From assembly GCA_958427035.1 (NCBI GenBank), contig CAUAAR010000006.1, positions 6,873 through 70,872 on the forward strand: a stretch of DNA of 64,000 nucleotides, written 5' to 3'. The notes under the pieces are model-generated. The model was given only the letters and a program-made list of their open reading frames with translations, was not told the DNA's origin and ran no database searches. The translations under genes and the position numbers were made by a program. Source of the DNA: an uncultured Collinsella sp. GTDB lineage: Bacteria > Actinomycetota > Coriobacteriia > Coriobacteriales > Coriobacteriaceae. Shown here piece by piece: positions 10,252 to 26,696 of this stretch (positions are counted from its first letter, which is position 1; each line of letters opens with the position of its first letter).

Positions 10252-10914
10252 TTAGATATTTGATTGAGCATGGGCGCCGAGATGTTTGATGATTGCGCGC
10301 CAGATCGGCGCGGGCAGCGCGGGCTCGACGCGCACCATGCCGTCGGCGTCGACGCTACCGGCATTGCCACCGCCAAGCAGCTGCGCATGCTCAATGGAGC
10401 AGCCCATGCGCACAGCGCCGACAAGCTTATCCATCGCTTCCGAAAATGGTCGGCGCAAGAGGCCCATGCGTGGGGAATGGCGAAGCGCTACGATGCCGCT
10501 GCCGGCGCAGATGGCAACGCCGCCACACCACAATTGGCCATGGCACTCGCATGCCTTGTGCAGACGAACGGCGGCCCCACGCGCCTGCTCGGCGCCCCGT
10601 TGTGCGGCTCGAATCACGGCGTAGACACGCGTTCCCGTACTGCTAAAGCGCTCAAGCGCCTGCTCGATAGCAGTCAACGTCTCATCGTCAGCCACATCTT
10701 CAATGGCCAGCACGATGCCATCGGCAACGCCGTCGGCATTATCCGCCTTTAAGTCAACCGGGCGGGGGAGTGCGGTGCCGGAAAGCTGAGCATAGGCCGC
10801 GATGGCATCCTGCAGGTCCCAGAGCAAAAAATCAAGATCGGCGCTCTTGGGAATACTGATATACGCAATGGTTTGCAGCGTTTTTGGTACGTCGCCACGC
10901 GCGATTGTCTCCAT
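10252..10914 (-). CDS. hypothetical protein
   Basis: ORF fills the gap, with an AGGAG RBS; no family recognised with certainty. Confidence 0.65.
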   Translation of the reverse strand: METIARGDVPKTLQTIAYISIPKSADLDFLLWDLQDAIAAYAQLSGTALPRPVDLKADNADGVADGIVLAIEDVADDETLTAIEQALERFSSTGTRVYAVIRAAQRGAEQARGAAVRLHKACECHGQLWCGGVAICAGSGIVALRHSPRMGLLRRPFSEAMDKLVGAVRMGCSIEHAQLLGGGNAGSVDADGMVRVEPALPAPIWRAIIKHLGAHAQSNI

Positions 10915-11007
10915 GCCATCTCCTTTCCGGCTCGTTTCCGTTTAGGTTACACCGTCTGGTGGCGCCCCGCCGCGCTATCCTAGTGCAACCCTTACGAAAG
11001 GAACGCC

Positions 11008-12144
11008 ATGCGTCTGCCTATGAACACCTCGCTTGCCACGCTCAAGCCCTCCGGCATCCGCCGGATCAACGCACTCGCCGCCCAGCACCCAGGGTGCATC
11101 GCGCTTGCGCTTGGCGAGCCCGATTTTCCTACGCCCGATGTGATTAGCGCCGAGGTGACGGCCTCGCTCGACCGCGGCGACACGCACTATCCGCCCAACA
11201 ACGGTCGCCCCGCCCTGCGCGAGGCGCTGTCTGCCTACATGGGGGACGCGGGCCTTACGTTTTCGGCCGACGAGGTCATCCTGACCGACGGCGCGACCGA
11301 GGCCCTGTCGGCAACATTCATGGCTATGCTCAACCCCGGCGACGAGGTCATTATCCCCACGCCGGCCTTTGGCCTGTACGAGAGCATCGTCGTGACCAAC
11401 CATGCCAAGGCGGTCTTTTTGGATACGGAGCCTGCGCAATTTCAGATTGACGAGGATGCGCTTCGTGCTTGCGTGGCGCCGGCGACCAAGGCCATCGTCA
11501 TCTGCTCGCCCAACAATCCTACGGGCTGTATCCTCAACGCGGCTTCGCTCGACGCCGTGGCGCACGTGGCGGAGCAGACGGGCATCTACGTGGTCTGCGA
11601 CGACGTATACAACCGCCTGGTTTATGTGGATGGCTACGAGCGCTTTGCCCAGCGTCACCCGGAGCTTCGCGATCAGACGGTCGTCATCGAGAGCTTCTCC
11701 AAGCCCTGGGCCATGACCGGCTGGCGCTTGGGCTGGCTTGCAGCGGCAACCCCCGTCATCGCCGAGATTGCCAAGGCTCACCAATACTTAGTATCGAGTG
11801 CCGTCTCCTTCGAGATGGACGCCGCAGCCCAGGCCCTCACCGTCGACCCAACCCCTATGCTCAAAGTCTACCGAGCCCGCCGCGAGCGCGTACTCGAAGC
11901 CTTAAACGCCATGGACCTCGACGTAGTGGAACCGGCAGGCGCCTTCTACGCTTTCCCGAGCATCAAAAAGTTCGGCCTAACCAGCGAAGACTTCTGTATC
12001 AAAGCCATCAAAGAAGCAAACGTAGCCCTAGTCCCGGGTGACTGTTTCGGCACCGAAGGCCACATCCGCCTAAGCTACTGCGTCTCCGACAAAGACCTGG
12101 ACGAAGGCCTAAATCGCCTGTCCACCTTCATTTCAACCTTATAG
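11008..12144 (+). CDS. PLP-dependent aminotransferase, class I/II
   Basis: GEPDF, PNNPTG, DDVY, SFSKPWAMTGWRLG. Confidence 0.93.
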   Translation: MRLPMNTSLATLKPSGIRRINALAAQHPGCIALALGEPDFPTPDVISAEVTASLDRGDTHYPPNNGRPALREALSAYMGDAGLTFSADEVILTDGATEALSATFMAMLNPGDEVIIPTPAFGLYESIVVTNHAKAVFLDTEPAQFQIDEDALRACVAPATKAIVICSPNNPTGCILNAASLDAVAHVAEQTGIYVVCDDVYNRLVYVDGYERFAQRHPELRDQTVVIESFSKPWAMTGWRLGWLAAATPVIAEIAKAHQYLVSSAVSFEMDAAAQALTVDPTPMLKVYRARRERVLEALNAMDLDVVEPAGAFYAFPSIKKFGLTSEDFCIKAIKEANVALVPGDCFGTEGHIRLSYCVSDKDLDEGLNRLSTFISTL

Positions 12145-12203
12145 CCCAACGGGACGCAACACATCAGCCCACCGACCCAAGCATTATGAGTGGGGGCGTC
12201 AGC

Positions 12204-12407
12204 CAACGAAAACCCGGGCTGCCCAAAGTCAACGCAGGCACGCGCCGCCGAAGGCCAGGCGCAAGGTTTTCGTAGATTCCGCACGAGCCGAAGAGCACTT
12301 AATGTGCTCTTCGTGCGAGCCAGGACTTGACCGAGCGAAAACCTTGCGCCTGGCCTTCGGCGGAGCGTGCCGGATGGTGGAATTGTGTGCAGCCCGGTTT
12401 TCCGTTG
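12204..12407 (+). repeat. long hairpin element, copy A (CAC-TTAAT-GTG tip)
   Basis: Perfect 28-bp arms 12245-12272 / 12336-12363 plus outer imperfect arms; core related to copies at 23.2, 25.4 and 42.7 kb. Confidence 0.85.
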
Positions 12408-12433
12408 ACCGACGCCGGGGTCCCCGCCATAAT
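12405..12433 (+). promoter_or_regulatory. sigma70-type promoter for rplJL
   Basis: TTGACC-17 nt-CATAAT; the -35 overlaps the outer arm of the hairpin. Confidence 0.6.
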
Positions 12434-12460
12434 ACTTTCGGTTCACGCACGAATCCGCTG

Positions 12461-12585
12461 CCAGAGACAGCCGGCGCAAACGGGTCTTACCCGCGAGCTT
12501 AATGGGACTTCCCGCCAGCCGAGGTGGTCGAGTAGATATGTCTTCTCGCCCCCGTCGCTCATGCAGCGCGGGGGCTTTCTTTTTG
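12461..12585 (+). promoter_or_regulatory. L10 leader (ribosomal protein leader RNA) with attenuator-like hairpin
   Basis: AGACAGCCGG..TTAA..CCAGCCGAGG pattern upstream of rplJ, then GCCCC..GGGGC and a U-tract. Confidence 0.75.
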
Positions 12586-12649
12586 GACATGCCCCCGTCA
12601 CGTCCTTGTGGCGGACCGTGCCCGGAAAGAATTCGAGGAGGTGTAATTC

Positions 12650-13171
12650 ATGCCCCAGCAGTACAAAATCGACAAGGTTGCAGAGATCGAGTCCCGTATC
12701 GCCGAGAACGCCGGTCTGTTCGTCGTCAACTACAACGGTCTGACGGTTAAGCAGGCTCAGGAGCTGCGTCATCAGCTTCGCGAGTGCGGCGCCGAGATGA
12801 AGGTCTACAAGAACAACCTGGTCAAGATCGCTCTCAAGAACCAGGAGCAGCCCGAGCTCGACGAGATCCTCGCCGGCCCCGTCGCTTATGTGTTCTACGA
12901 GTCCGAGCCGGTCGAGGCCGCTAAGGCCCTTAAGGACTTCTCCGCTCAGTCCAAGGGCGTCCTTGAGATCAAGGGCGGTATCTCCGACGGCAAGGCCGTT
13001 TCCGCTGATGATGTTAAGGCTATCGCCGAGCTGCCCACCAAGGACCAGCTTCTCGGCCAGATCGCCGGTCTCATCTCCGGTTTCGCTCGCGACATCGCTG
13101 TCTGCGTCAACGGCGTTTCCTCTGGTCTCGCTCGTTCGATCCAGCAGGTCTCCGAGCAGAAGGCAGCCTAG
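12650..13171 (+). CDS. rplJ: 50S ribosomal protein L10
   Basis: YNGLTVKQ..LR..KVYKNNL..LPTKDQLL. Confidence 0.97.
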   Translation: MPQQYKIDKVAEIESRIAENAGLFVVNYNGLTVKQAQELRHQLRECGAEMKVYKNNLVKIALKNQEQPELDEILAGPVAYVFYESEPVEAAKALKDFSAQSKGVLEIKGGISDGKAVSADDVKAIAELPTKDQLLGQIAGLISGFARDIAVCVNGVSSGLARSIQQVSEQKAA

Positions 13172-13273
13172 TCGCTGTTTTCACCCGCGGCGGCAACGCC
13201 GCACCCCTGGCGCATTCGCGCCGTGTTTTAACTGATCTCCGTGTACAGACACGGAAACCGAAAGGACTTAGAA

Positions 13274-13651
13274 ATGGCTAAGCTTACCACCGATGAGATC
13301 ATCGATGCTCTTAAGGAAATGACCCTTCTCGAGGCTTCCGAGCTCGTTAAGGCTATCGAGGACACCTTCGGCGTTTCCGCCGCTGCTCCTGCCGCCGTTG
13401 TCGCCGCTCCCGCTGCTGGCGCTGCTGAGGCCGAGGAGAAGACCGAGTTTGACGTCGTGCTCGAGGGCTTCGGCGACAACAAGATCCAGGTCATCAAGGC
13501 CGTCCGTGAGCTCACCAACCTTGGCCTGAAGGAGGCCAAGGAGGTCGTCGAGGGCGCTCCCAAGGCTGTTCTCGAGGGTGCCAAGAAGGAGGACGCTGAG
13601 GCTGCCAAGGAGAAGCTCGAGGCTGCTGGCGCTGCTGTCACCCTCAAGTAA
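13274..13651 (+). CDS. rplL: 50S ribosomal protein L7/L12
   Basis: [17 protein letters not shown]. Confidence 0.98.
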   Translation: MAKLTTDEIIDALKEMTLLEASELVKAIEDTFGVSAAAPAAVVAAPAAGAAEAEEKTEFDVVLEGFGDNKIQVIKAVRELTNLGLKEAKEVVEGAPKAVLEGAKKEDAEAAKEKLEAAGAAVTLK

Positions 13652-13678
13652 TCAGGCTTTCTCGCCAGATTTCTTTGC

Positions 13679-13712
13679 AGACGGGGTTCGCATTGCGAGC
13701 CCCGTCTTTTTT
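13679..13712 (+). terminator. intrinsic terminator
   Basis: AGACGGGG..CCCCGTCT followed by a T-tract. Confidence 0.85.
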
Positions 13713-13966
13713 GTTATGACCACTCTATTTTTTGTTGGCTCGGTATACAAATTGCTGCCGCTTGCGGTGCTTTGGGTTCGCTACCGTTGGGCGATAAAAT
13801 TGCACCATTCGAGCAATAATTTGCGTTGACCTGCTGAAGAATGACGCTTGCCTACATTAACGTTAATTAACGGCGGTAAGATAAACCGGTATCGCAATTT
13901 GGTCTGCGGCCGCCGTGCCGCACGCACAGGGCGCATCCTGCGCCTGCGAAAGGATCCTTGAATAAC

Positions 13967-14875
13967 ATGAAGGCAATCATCCCTGCCGCCGGTCTTGGCA
14001 CGCGTTTTCTGCCTGGCACCAAGTGCACGCCCAAAGAGATGCTGCCGGTGCTCGACAAACCGGTCATCCAGTACGTCGTTGAGGAGGCGCTCGACCCCGA
14101 TGAGGTCGACGATGCTATTATCGTCACCTCTCCCGGCAAGCCCGAGTTGCTGAGCTACTTCCAGCCCGATCGTTCGCTCGAGAACCTGCTTCGCGAGCGT
14201 GGCAAGGACGCCTACGCCGACGCCGTCGCCCATGCTGGTGGTATGCCGGTCGACTTCCGTTATCAGTACGAGCCCAAGGGCCTTGGCCACGCCATTCGCT
14301 CTGCCGCCGACGCTGTGGCAGGGGAGAACTTCCTGGTTCTTCTGGGCGATTACGTTGTGCCCAACCGTGACATCTGCGACAAGATGCTTGCCGTCTCCAA
14401 GGAACACGGTGGCGCTTCTGTTATCGCCGTTGCCGCGTGCGCTCCCGAGGAGGTTAGCCGCTATGGCGTTATCGCCGGCGATCGCGTGGGCGCTCTCGAG
14501 GGCTTCGAGAATGCCGCCGACGACGAGCCCGGTGCCGTTTGGCGCATCGGCGGCCTGGTCGAGAAGCCCGCTCCCGAGGCGGCTCCGTCCAACCTGTACA
14601 TCGTCGGTCGCTACCTGCTGAGCCCGTTGGTCATGGACCTGCTGGCCGATCAGCAGGCCGGTAAGGGCGGCGAGATTCAGCTGACCGACGCCATGGCCCG
14701 CTCGCTCGACCGCGAGGCCATGTATGCCGTCGTCATCGACCCGCTGTCGGGCTACGATACCGGTACCCCGTCTGGCTGGATGGCTACCAACGCCCTCATG
14801 GCTGCAAGCGATCCTCGCTTTGCCGGCGCCTTCTGGGATGCCATCGACGAGCGCGGCGGTTTGATGCGCAAATAA
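13967..14875 (+). CDS. galU: UTP--glucose-1-phosphate uridylyltransferase
   Basis: PAAGLGTRFLP.TK..PKEMLP, VEKP, GEIQLTDA. Confidence 0.93.
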   Translation: MKAIIPAAGLGTRFLPGTKCTPKEMLPVLDKPVIQYVVEEALDPDEVDDAIIVTSPGKPELLSYFQPDRSLENLLRERGKDAYADAVAHAGGMPVDFRYQYEPKGLGHAIRSAADAVAGENFLVLLGDYVVPNRDICDKMLAVSKEHGGASVIAVAACAPEEVSRYGVIAGDRVGALEGFENAADDEPGAVWRIGGLVEKPAPEAAPSNLYIVGRYLLSPLVMDLLADQQAGKGGEIQLTDAMARSLDREAMYAVVIDPLSGYDTGTPSGWMATNALMAASDPRFAGAFWDAIDERGGLMRK

Positions 14876-14896
14876 GCCTTTCGGGCATCGACATTT

Positions 14897-14930
14897 ACGG
14901 GTGCGGACTTCGGTTCGCGCCCGTTTTTTT
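14897..14930 (+). terminator. intrinsic terminator
   Basis: ACGGGTGCG..CGCGCCCGT followed by a T-tract. Confidence 0.8.
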
Positions 14931-15164
14931 ATAAGAGCTGCGATTGCCAGCCCTCTGTTCACAGAAAATATATGAACAGGTGTTCGATGCATATCCATCT
15001 ACCTGCATGTTTTCTGTCGAAAAACTTTGCTACTCCAAAAACTCAATCACGTCAAGGCTTTTCTTGCTCAACGGTCGGTACCTGATAAACTATTAGGTTG
15101 CGATAACTGGCGAAGCTATGCCTCGCCAATCCACCGAGCATTTCCGTGAAGGAGGAAAAACCTG

Positions 15165-18656
<3,492 letters not shown>

Positions 18657-18662
18657 TTGACT

Positions 18663-23138
<4,476 letters not shown>

Positions 23139-23164
23139 TTTCCTGGTACGTTAACCGCCCTTCC

Positions 23165-23201
23165 AAAGACCCGTTTCCCAACAGGGAAGCGGGTCTTTTT
23201 T
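23165..23201 (+). terminator. intrinsic terminator of rpoBC
   Basis: AAAGACCCG..CGGGTCTTTTTT. Confidence 0.85.
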
Positions 23202-23206
23202 GGTGA

Positions 23207-23399
23207 GGAACGTTACCCCGACGAGCACGTCGGATTCCCGGAACGGGCCGCCCGCTGTTTAAGTTTGTCGCGAGTTCCGCACGCAAAGGAAAGCACTTAA
23301 TGTGCTTTCCGTCTTGCGCAGGACTGTAGAGCAGCAAACTTAAACAGCGGGCGGCCCGTTCCGGGAATCTACCCCGCGCACAGAAGGGGATTCCTTTTG
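23207..23399 (+). repeat. long hairpin element, copy B (direct repeat of 25381-25576)
   Basis: Perfect 35-bp arms 23233-23267 / 23335-23369; tip at 23294-23304. Confidence 0.92.
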
Positions 23400-23432
23400 C
23401 CAAAAAGGGACAGGTTTATTTTGGTAGGTTTT
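23399..23432 (+). repeat. 34-bp inverted repeat, left of the ECF cassette
   Basis: GCCAAAAAGGGACAGGTTTATTTTGGTAGGTTTT; 32/34 match to the reverse complement of 25345-25378. Confidence 0.85.
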
Positions 23433-23445
23433 TCCTGCTTGAATT

Positions 23446-23472
23446 TGAAACAATTCGTCCGGCCAGAGCGTA
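23446..23472 (+). promoter_or_regulatory. candidate ECF-type autoregulatory promoter
   Basis: TGAAAC-17 nt-CGTA, close to the SigW-type TGAAAC..CGTA pattern. Confidence 0.55.
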
Positions 23473-23522
23473 TCTATGGTGAGGGCCTCATCGATAATCA
23501 TTAACGTCACCAGGAGGTGATT

Positions 23523-24041
23523 ATGGAAGAGCAAGCATTTAGACAGGCGGTCGAAGATCACCGGGATGTCGTGTTTCGGATCGCATTGACGTACCTGCGC
23601 GATTGCGCCGATGCCGACGATGTTGCCCAAGATGTCTTTCTTAAGTTGCTTAAAAGCGATGGGCACTTTGAAAGTTGGGAACATCTTCGCCGCTGGCTTA
23701 TCCGGGTCACGATCAATGAATGTAAATCGCTCTTTCGAAAGCCATGGAGGCGTGTGGAGGATATTGAGAACCTGGCCGATTCGCTTTCGGCGGCGCAGGA
23801 TGAGACCAAGGCGGTCCTGTCAGACGTTATGCGGCTTCCGGAGCGATTCCGTGTTCCCATCGTGCTCTATTACTATCTGGGCTTTTCGACCGCAGAGATT
23901 GCCGAGTTACTGCATGTGCCAGCCGCGACCGTTCGAACGCGTTTAGCTCGCGGTCGATCGAAGCTCAAATTGATCCTAGAGGAGGGCGACCGTGAAATCC
24001 AATCAAATCAAGCAGGCCTTCGAGTCCATCCAAGCCGATAG
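23523..24041 (+). CDS. ECF RNA polymerase sigma factor
   Basis: Region 2 DADDVAQDVFLKL..WLIRVTIN; region 4 EIAELL..TVRTRLARGR. Confidence 0.93.
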   Translation: MEEQAFRQAVEDHRDVVFRIALTYLRDCADADDVAQDVFLKLLKSDGHFESWEHLRRWLIRVTINECKSLFRKPWRRVEDIENLADSLSAAQDETKAVLSDVMRLPERFRVPIVLYYYLGFSTAEIAELLHVPAATVRTRLARGRSKLKLILEEGDREIQSNQAGLRVHPSR

Positions 24042-25068
24042 CAATCTTGCAGATCGCGTCCTTAATACCGCTGCGGGTGAGCCGCTTCATCGAAAGGGCC
24101 ACGCGAAGCCTCTCTATGTTGCCGTAATCGGATGTCTTGCCGGAGTGTTGGCGACCGGAGGGGTCGCCTACGCCGTTGTCAATTCCGGCTATTTTGCCTC
24201 AGCCTGGGGAAACCACGGCAACGGGGATTCCATTACCTGGACTAATGGCGGCTCATCGGGGACTAAATACACCTACACCAGAGAGTTTGGTGACGGCATT
24301 GCGCCCCAAAGCCTGGAGGGCACAGTCCAGAAGGTTAATCTGTCCGTCGAGGGTAACGGCTATACGCTTGATATCCATGAGATGGCTATCGATAAAAACG
24401 GTTGCGGTGCCGTGACGTTTACGCTGTCCAATCCAAATGGCGTTAACTACTACAAGCCGGCAGCAGAGACAGGCGAACTTGTTCTCTATGGTGAAGAAGA
24501 ACAAGGCATCGGCACGCCCAGCATGAACTTCGGCGAGGAATGGGCTGACACACGCTGCACCATTGATAAGGACACATCAAGCGATACTGTCATTAATGGC
24601 ACGATGTACTTTGCTTCTATGGATCGCGAGCGAGGTTTTCAACATGCGGTCACCTGGAATATCTCGTGGACCGAGGGCGAAGGCGAGGATGCGAAGCCGT
24701 TCGAGGCATCGACGCCCGAGTTTAGCGTTGGAGCGTACGTCGATACAAAGGAACTCCGCTCCGATGACTCGCCTCTCGAGATCAGCCCGTTTTCCATCCA
24801 GACACACATCGATGATCTGGGCATTGACGCAGTCACGAAGAAGTTGACGGTTACCTACAAGGATGGATCGGAGCAGATTATCGAAGATGACGACGCAGGG
24901 ACGTTCAACTTATATTTTTCTTATACGCGCAATAGCGGAGAGAACATCTGGGTGCCAACGAAGTTGATTGATGTCGACCAAGTGGTCTCAGTAACGCTTG
25001 AGGGCACACGCTGCACTTCAACAGAGGGCACCGAAACGTCGGAACCCTTTACCATCGTCTATTCGTGA
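23992..25068 (+). CDS. probable membrane-anchored anti-sigma factor
   Basis: Overlaps the sigma gene; short N-terminus, one TM segment (LYVAVIGCLAGVLATGGVAYAVV), large acidic C-terminal domain. Confidence 0.75.
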   Translation: MKSNQIKQAFESIQADSNLADRVLNTAAGEPLHRKGHAKPLYVAVIGCLAGVLATGGVAYAVVNSGYFASAWGNHGNGDSITWTNGGSSGTKYTYTREFGDGIAPQSLEGTVQKVNLSVEGNGYTLDIHEMAIDKNGCGAVTFTLSNPNGVNYYKPAAETGELVLYGEEEQGIGTPSMNFGEEWADTRCTIDKDTSSDTVINGTMYFASMDRERGFQHAVTWNISWTEGEGEDAKPFEASTPEFSVGAYVDTKELRSDDSPLEISPFSIQTHIDDLGIDAVTKKLTVTYKDGSEQIIEDDDAGTFNLYFSYTRNSGENIWVPTKLIDVDQVVSVTLEGTRCTSTEGTETSEPFTIVYS

Positions 25069-25148
25069 GATTTGGGACCGCTTCCTACTAGGGGAAGCGG
25101 TTCATTTTGCGTTAAATGGGCGGTTAAAGCGAGTGATATTCGTCTGAA

Positions 25149-25279
25149 TTTCGGAAGTATGCGGCAAAATCTTGATGGGCCGACCACACCGCATATGCTC
25201 AAGCGCTCTACCTGCTGATTTGTTATCGCAAAACCCCTGCGCGCTCAGCAAGTCCAAAATTTGCCGCATACTTCCGAAA
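25149..25279. repeat. perfect 20-bp inverted repeat with 91-nt spacer
   Basis: TTTCGGAAGTATGCGGCAAA / TTTGCCGCATACTTCCGAAA. Confidence 0.8.
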
Positions 25280-25344
25280 ACGCCGCCGATTTCCATGCGA
25301 CAGACGAAAGCAGATCACCGCCGGAGCGCGACGTTTCCCCAGAT

Positions 25345-25378
25345 AAAACCGACCAAAATTAACCTGTCCCTTTTTGGC
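25345..25378 (-). repeat. 34-bp inverted repeat, right of the ECF cassette
   Basis: AAAACCGACCAAAATTAACCTGTCCCTTTTTGGC. Confidence 0.85.
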
Positions 25379-25380
25379 AG

Positions 25381-25576
25381 GGAACGTTGCCCCGACGAGC
25401 ACGTCGGATTCCCGGTCCGGGCGGCCCGCTGTTTAAGTTTGTCGCGAGTTCCGCACGCAAAGGAAAGCACTTAATGTGCTTTCCGTCTTGCGCAGGACTG
25501 TAGAGCAGCAAACTTAAACAGCGGGCGGCCCGGTCCGGGAATCCGACCACGCGCACAGCAGAAGGGATTCCTTTTG
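25381..25576 (+). repeat. long hairpin element, copy C
   Basis: Near-identical to 23207-23399; tip at 25468-25478. Confidence 0.92.
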
Positions 25577-25630
25577 TGTAGGCTTTGCGGAAATGTGCCA
25601 ATTTTGGGATACGCCCGGCGGCGTGGTCTG

Positions 25631-25659
25631 TTGACGGCACAGCTAACGCCACGTATCCT
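25631..25659 (+). promoter_or_regulatory. sigma70-type promoter of the rpsL operon
   Basis: TTGACG-17 nt-TATCCT. Confidence 0.65.
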
Positions 25660-25752
25660 ATCGAACTGCGTGTTTCGTAGGGGGATGCTGACCCCTCGAT
25701 TCAAGCCGTTGCACTTTACAGAAAGCTGGAATCATTCGAGAAGGAGTACGCT

Positions 25753-26130
25753 TTGCCTACTATTAACCAGCTGGTTCGCCAGGGCCGTCGTTCCGTGCCC
25801 AAGAAGTCCAAGAACGCTGCTCTGCAGCACAACTCCCAGAAGCGCGGCGTGTGCACCCGCGTCTTCACCACGAGCCCCAAGAAGCCGAACTCGGCTCTTC
25901 GTAAGGTTGCCCGTGTTCGCCTCGTCAACGGCATCGAAGTTACTGCTTACATCCCGGGTGAGGGCCACAACCTGCAGGAGCACTCCATCGTGCTCGTCCG
26001 CGGCGGTCGTGTCCGTGACCTCCCTGGTGTCCGTTATCACGTCATCCGTGGCGCCTACGACGCTGCTCCGGTCCAGAACCGTATGCAGGCCCGTTCCAAG
26101 TACGGTGCTAAGCGCCCCAAGGCTAAATAA
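25753..26130 (+). CDS. rpsL: 30S ribosomal protein S12
   Basis: [23 protein letters not shown] start after AAGGAG. Confidence 0.99.
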   Translation: MPTINQLVRQGRRSVPKKSKNAALQHNSQKRGVCTRVFTTSPKKPNSALRKVARVRLVNGIEVTAYIPGEGHNLQEHSIVLVRGGRVRDLPGVRYHVIRGAYDAAPVQNRMQARSKYGAKRPKAK

Positions 26131-26203
26131 GCCAGATAACGTTTTGATACTTTCGCCGTGTGCCGTCTAAGCGCCGCACGGTAGACACTTAAGGAGATTT
26201 CAC

Positions 26204-26677
26204 ATGCCGCGTCGTGCAGCAGCTAATCGTCGTGAGGTTCAGCCTGACGCCGTTTACAACAACCGCCTGGTGACTCAGCTCATCAACAAGGTCCTTCTTG
26301 ACGGCAAGAAGGCCACCGCTGAGCGCATCGTTTACACCGCTTTCGAGATCGTTGCCGAGAAGTCCGAGGGTGGCGACGCTCTCGCTACCTTCAAGAAGGC
26401 TATGGACAACGTCAAGCCCACGCTCGAGGTTAAGCCCAAGCGTGTCGGTGGCGCTACCTATCAGGTCCCGATGGAGGTCAACTCCCGTCGTTCCACCGCT
26501 CTGGGTATCCGCTGGATCGTCAACTTCTCCCGCGCTCGCAAGGAGAAGACCATGGCCGAGCGTCTCGCCAACGAGATCCTCGACGCTTCCAACGGCCTGG
26601 GCGCTTCCGTCAAGAAGCGTGAGGACGTCTTCAAGATGGCCGAGGCCAACCGCGCGTTCTCTCACTATCGTTGGTAA
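26204..26677 (+). CDS. rpsG: 30S ribosomal protein S7
   Basis: [23 protein letters not shown]. Confidence 0.99.
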   Translation: MPRRAAANRREVQPDAVYNNRLVTQLINKVLLDGKKATAERIVYTAFEIVAEKSEGGDALATFKKAMDNVKPTLEVKPKRVGGATYQVPMEVNSRRSTALGIRWIVNFSRARKEKTMAERLANEILDASNGLGASVKKREDVFKMAEANRAFSHYRW

Positions 26678-26696
26678 GTTAAGGTAAGGAACTAAC

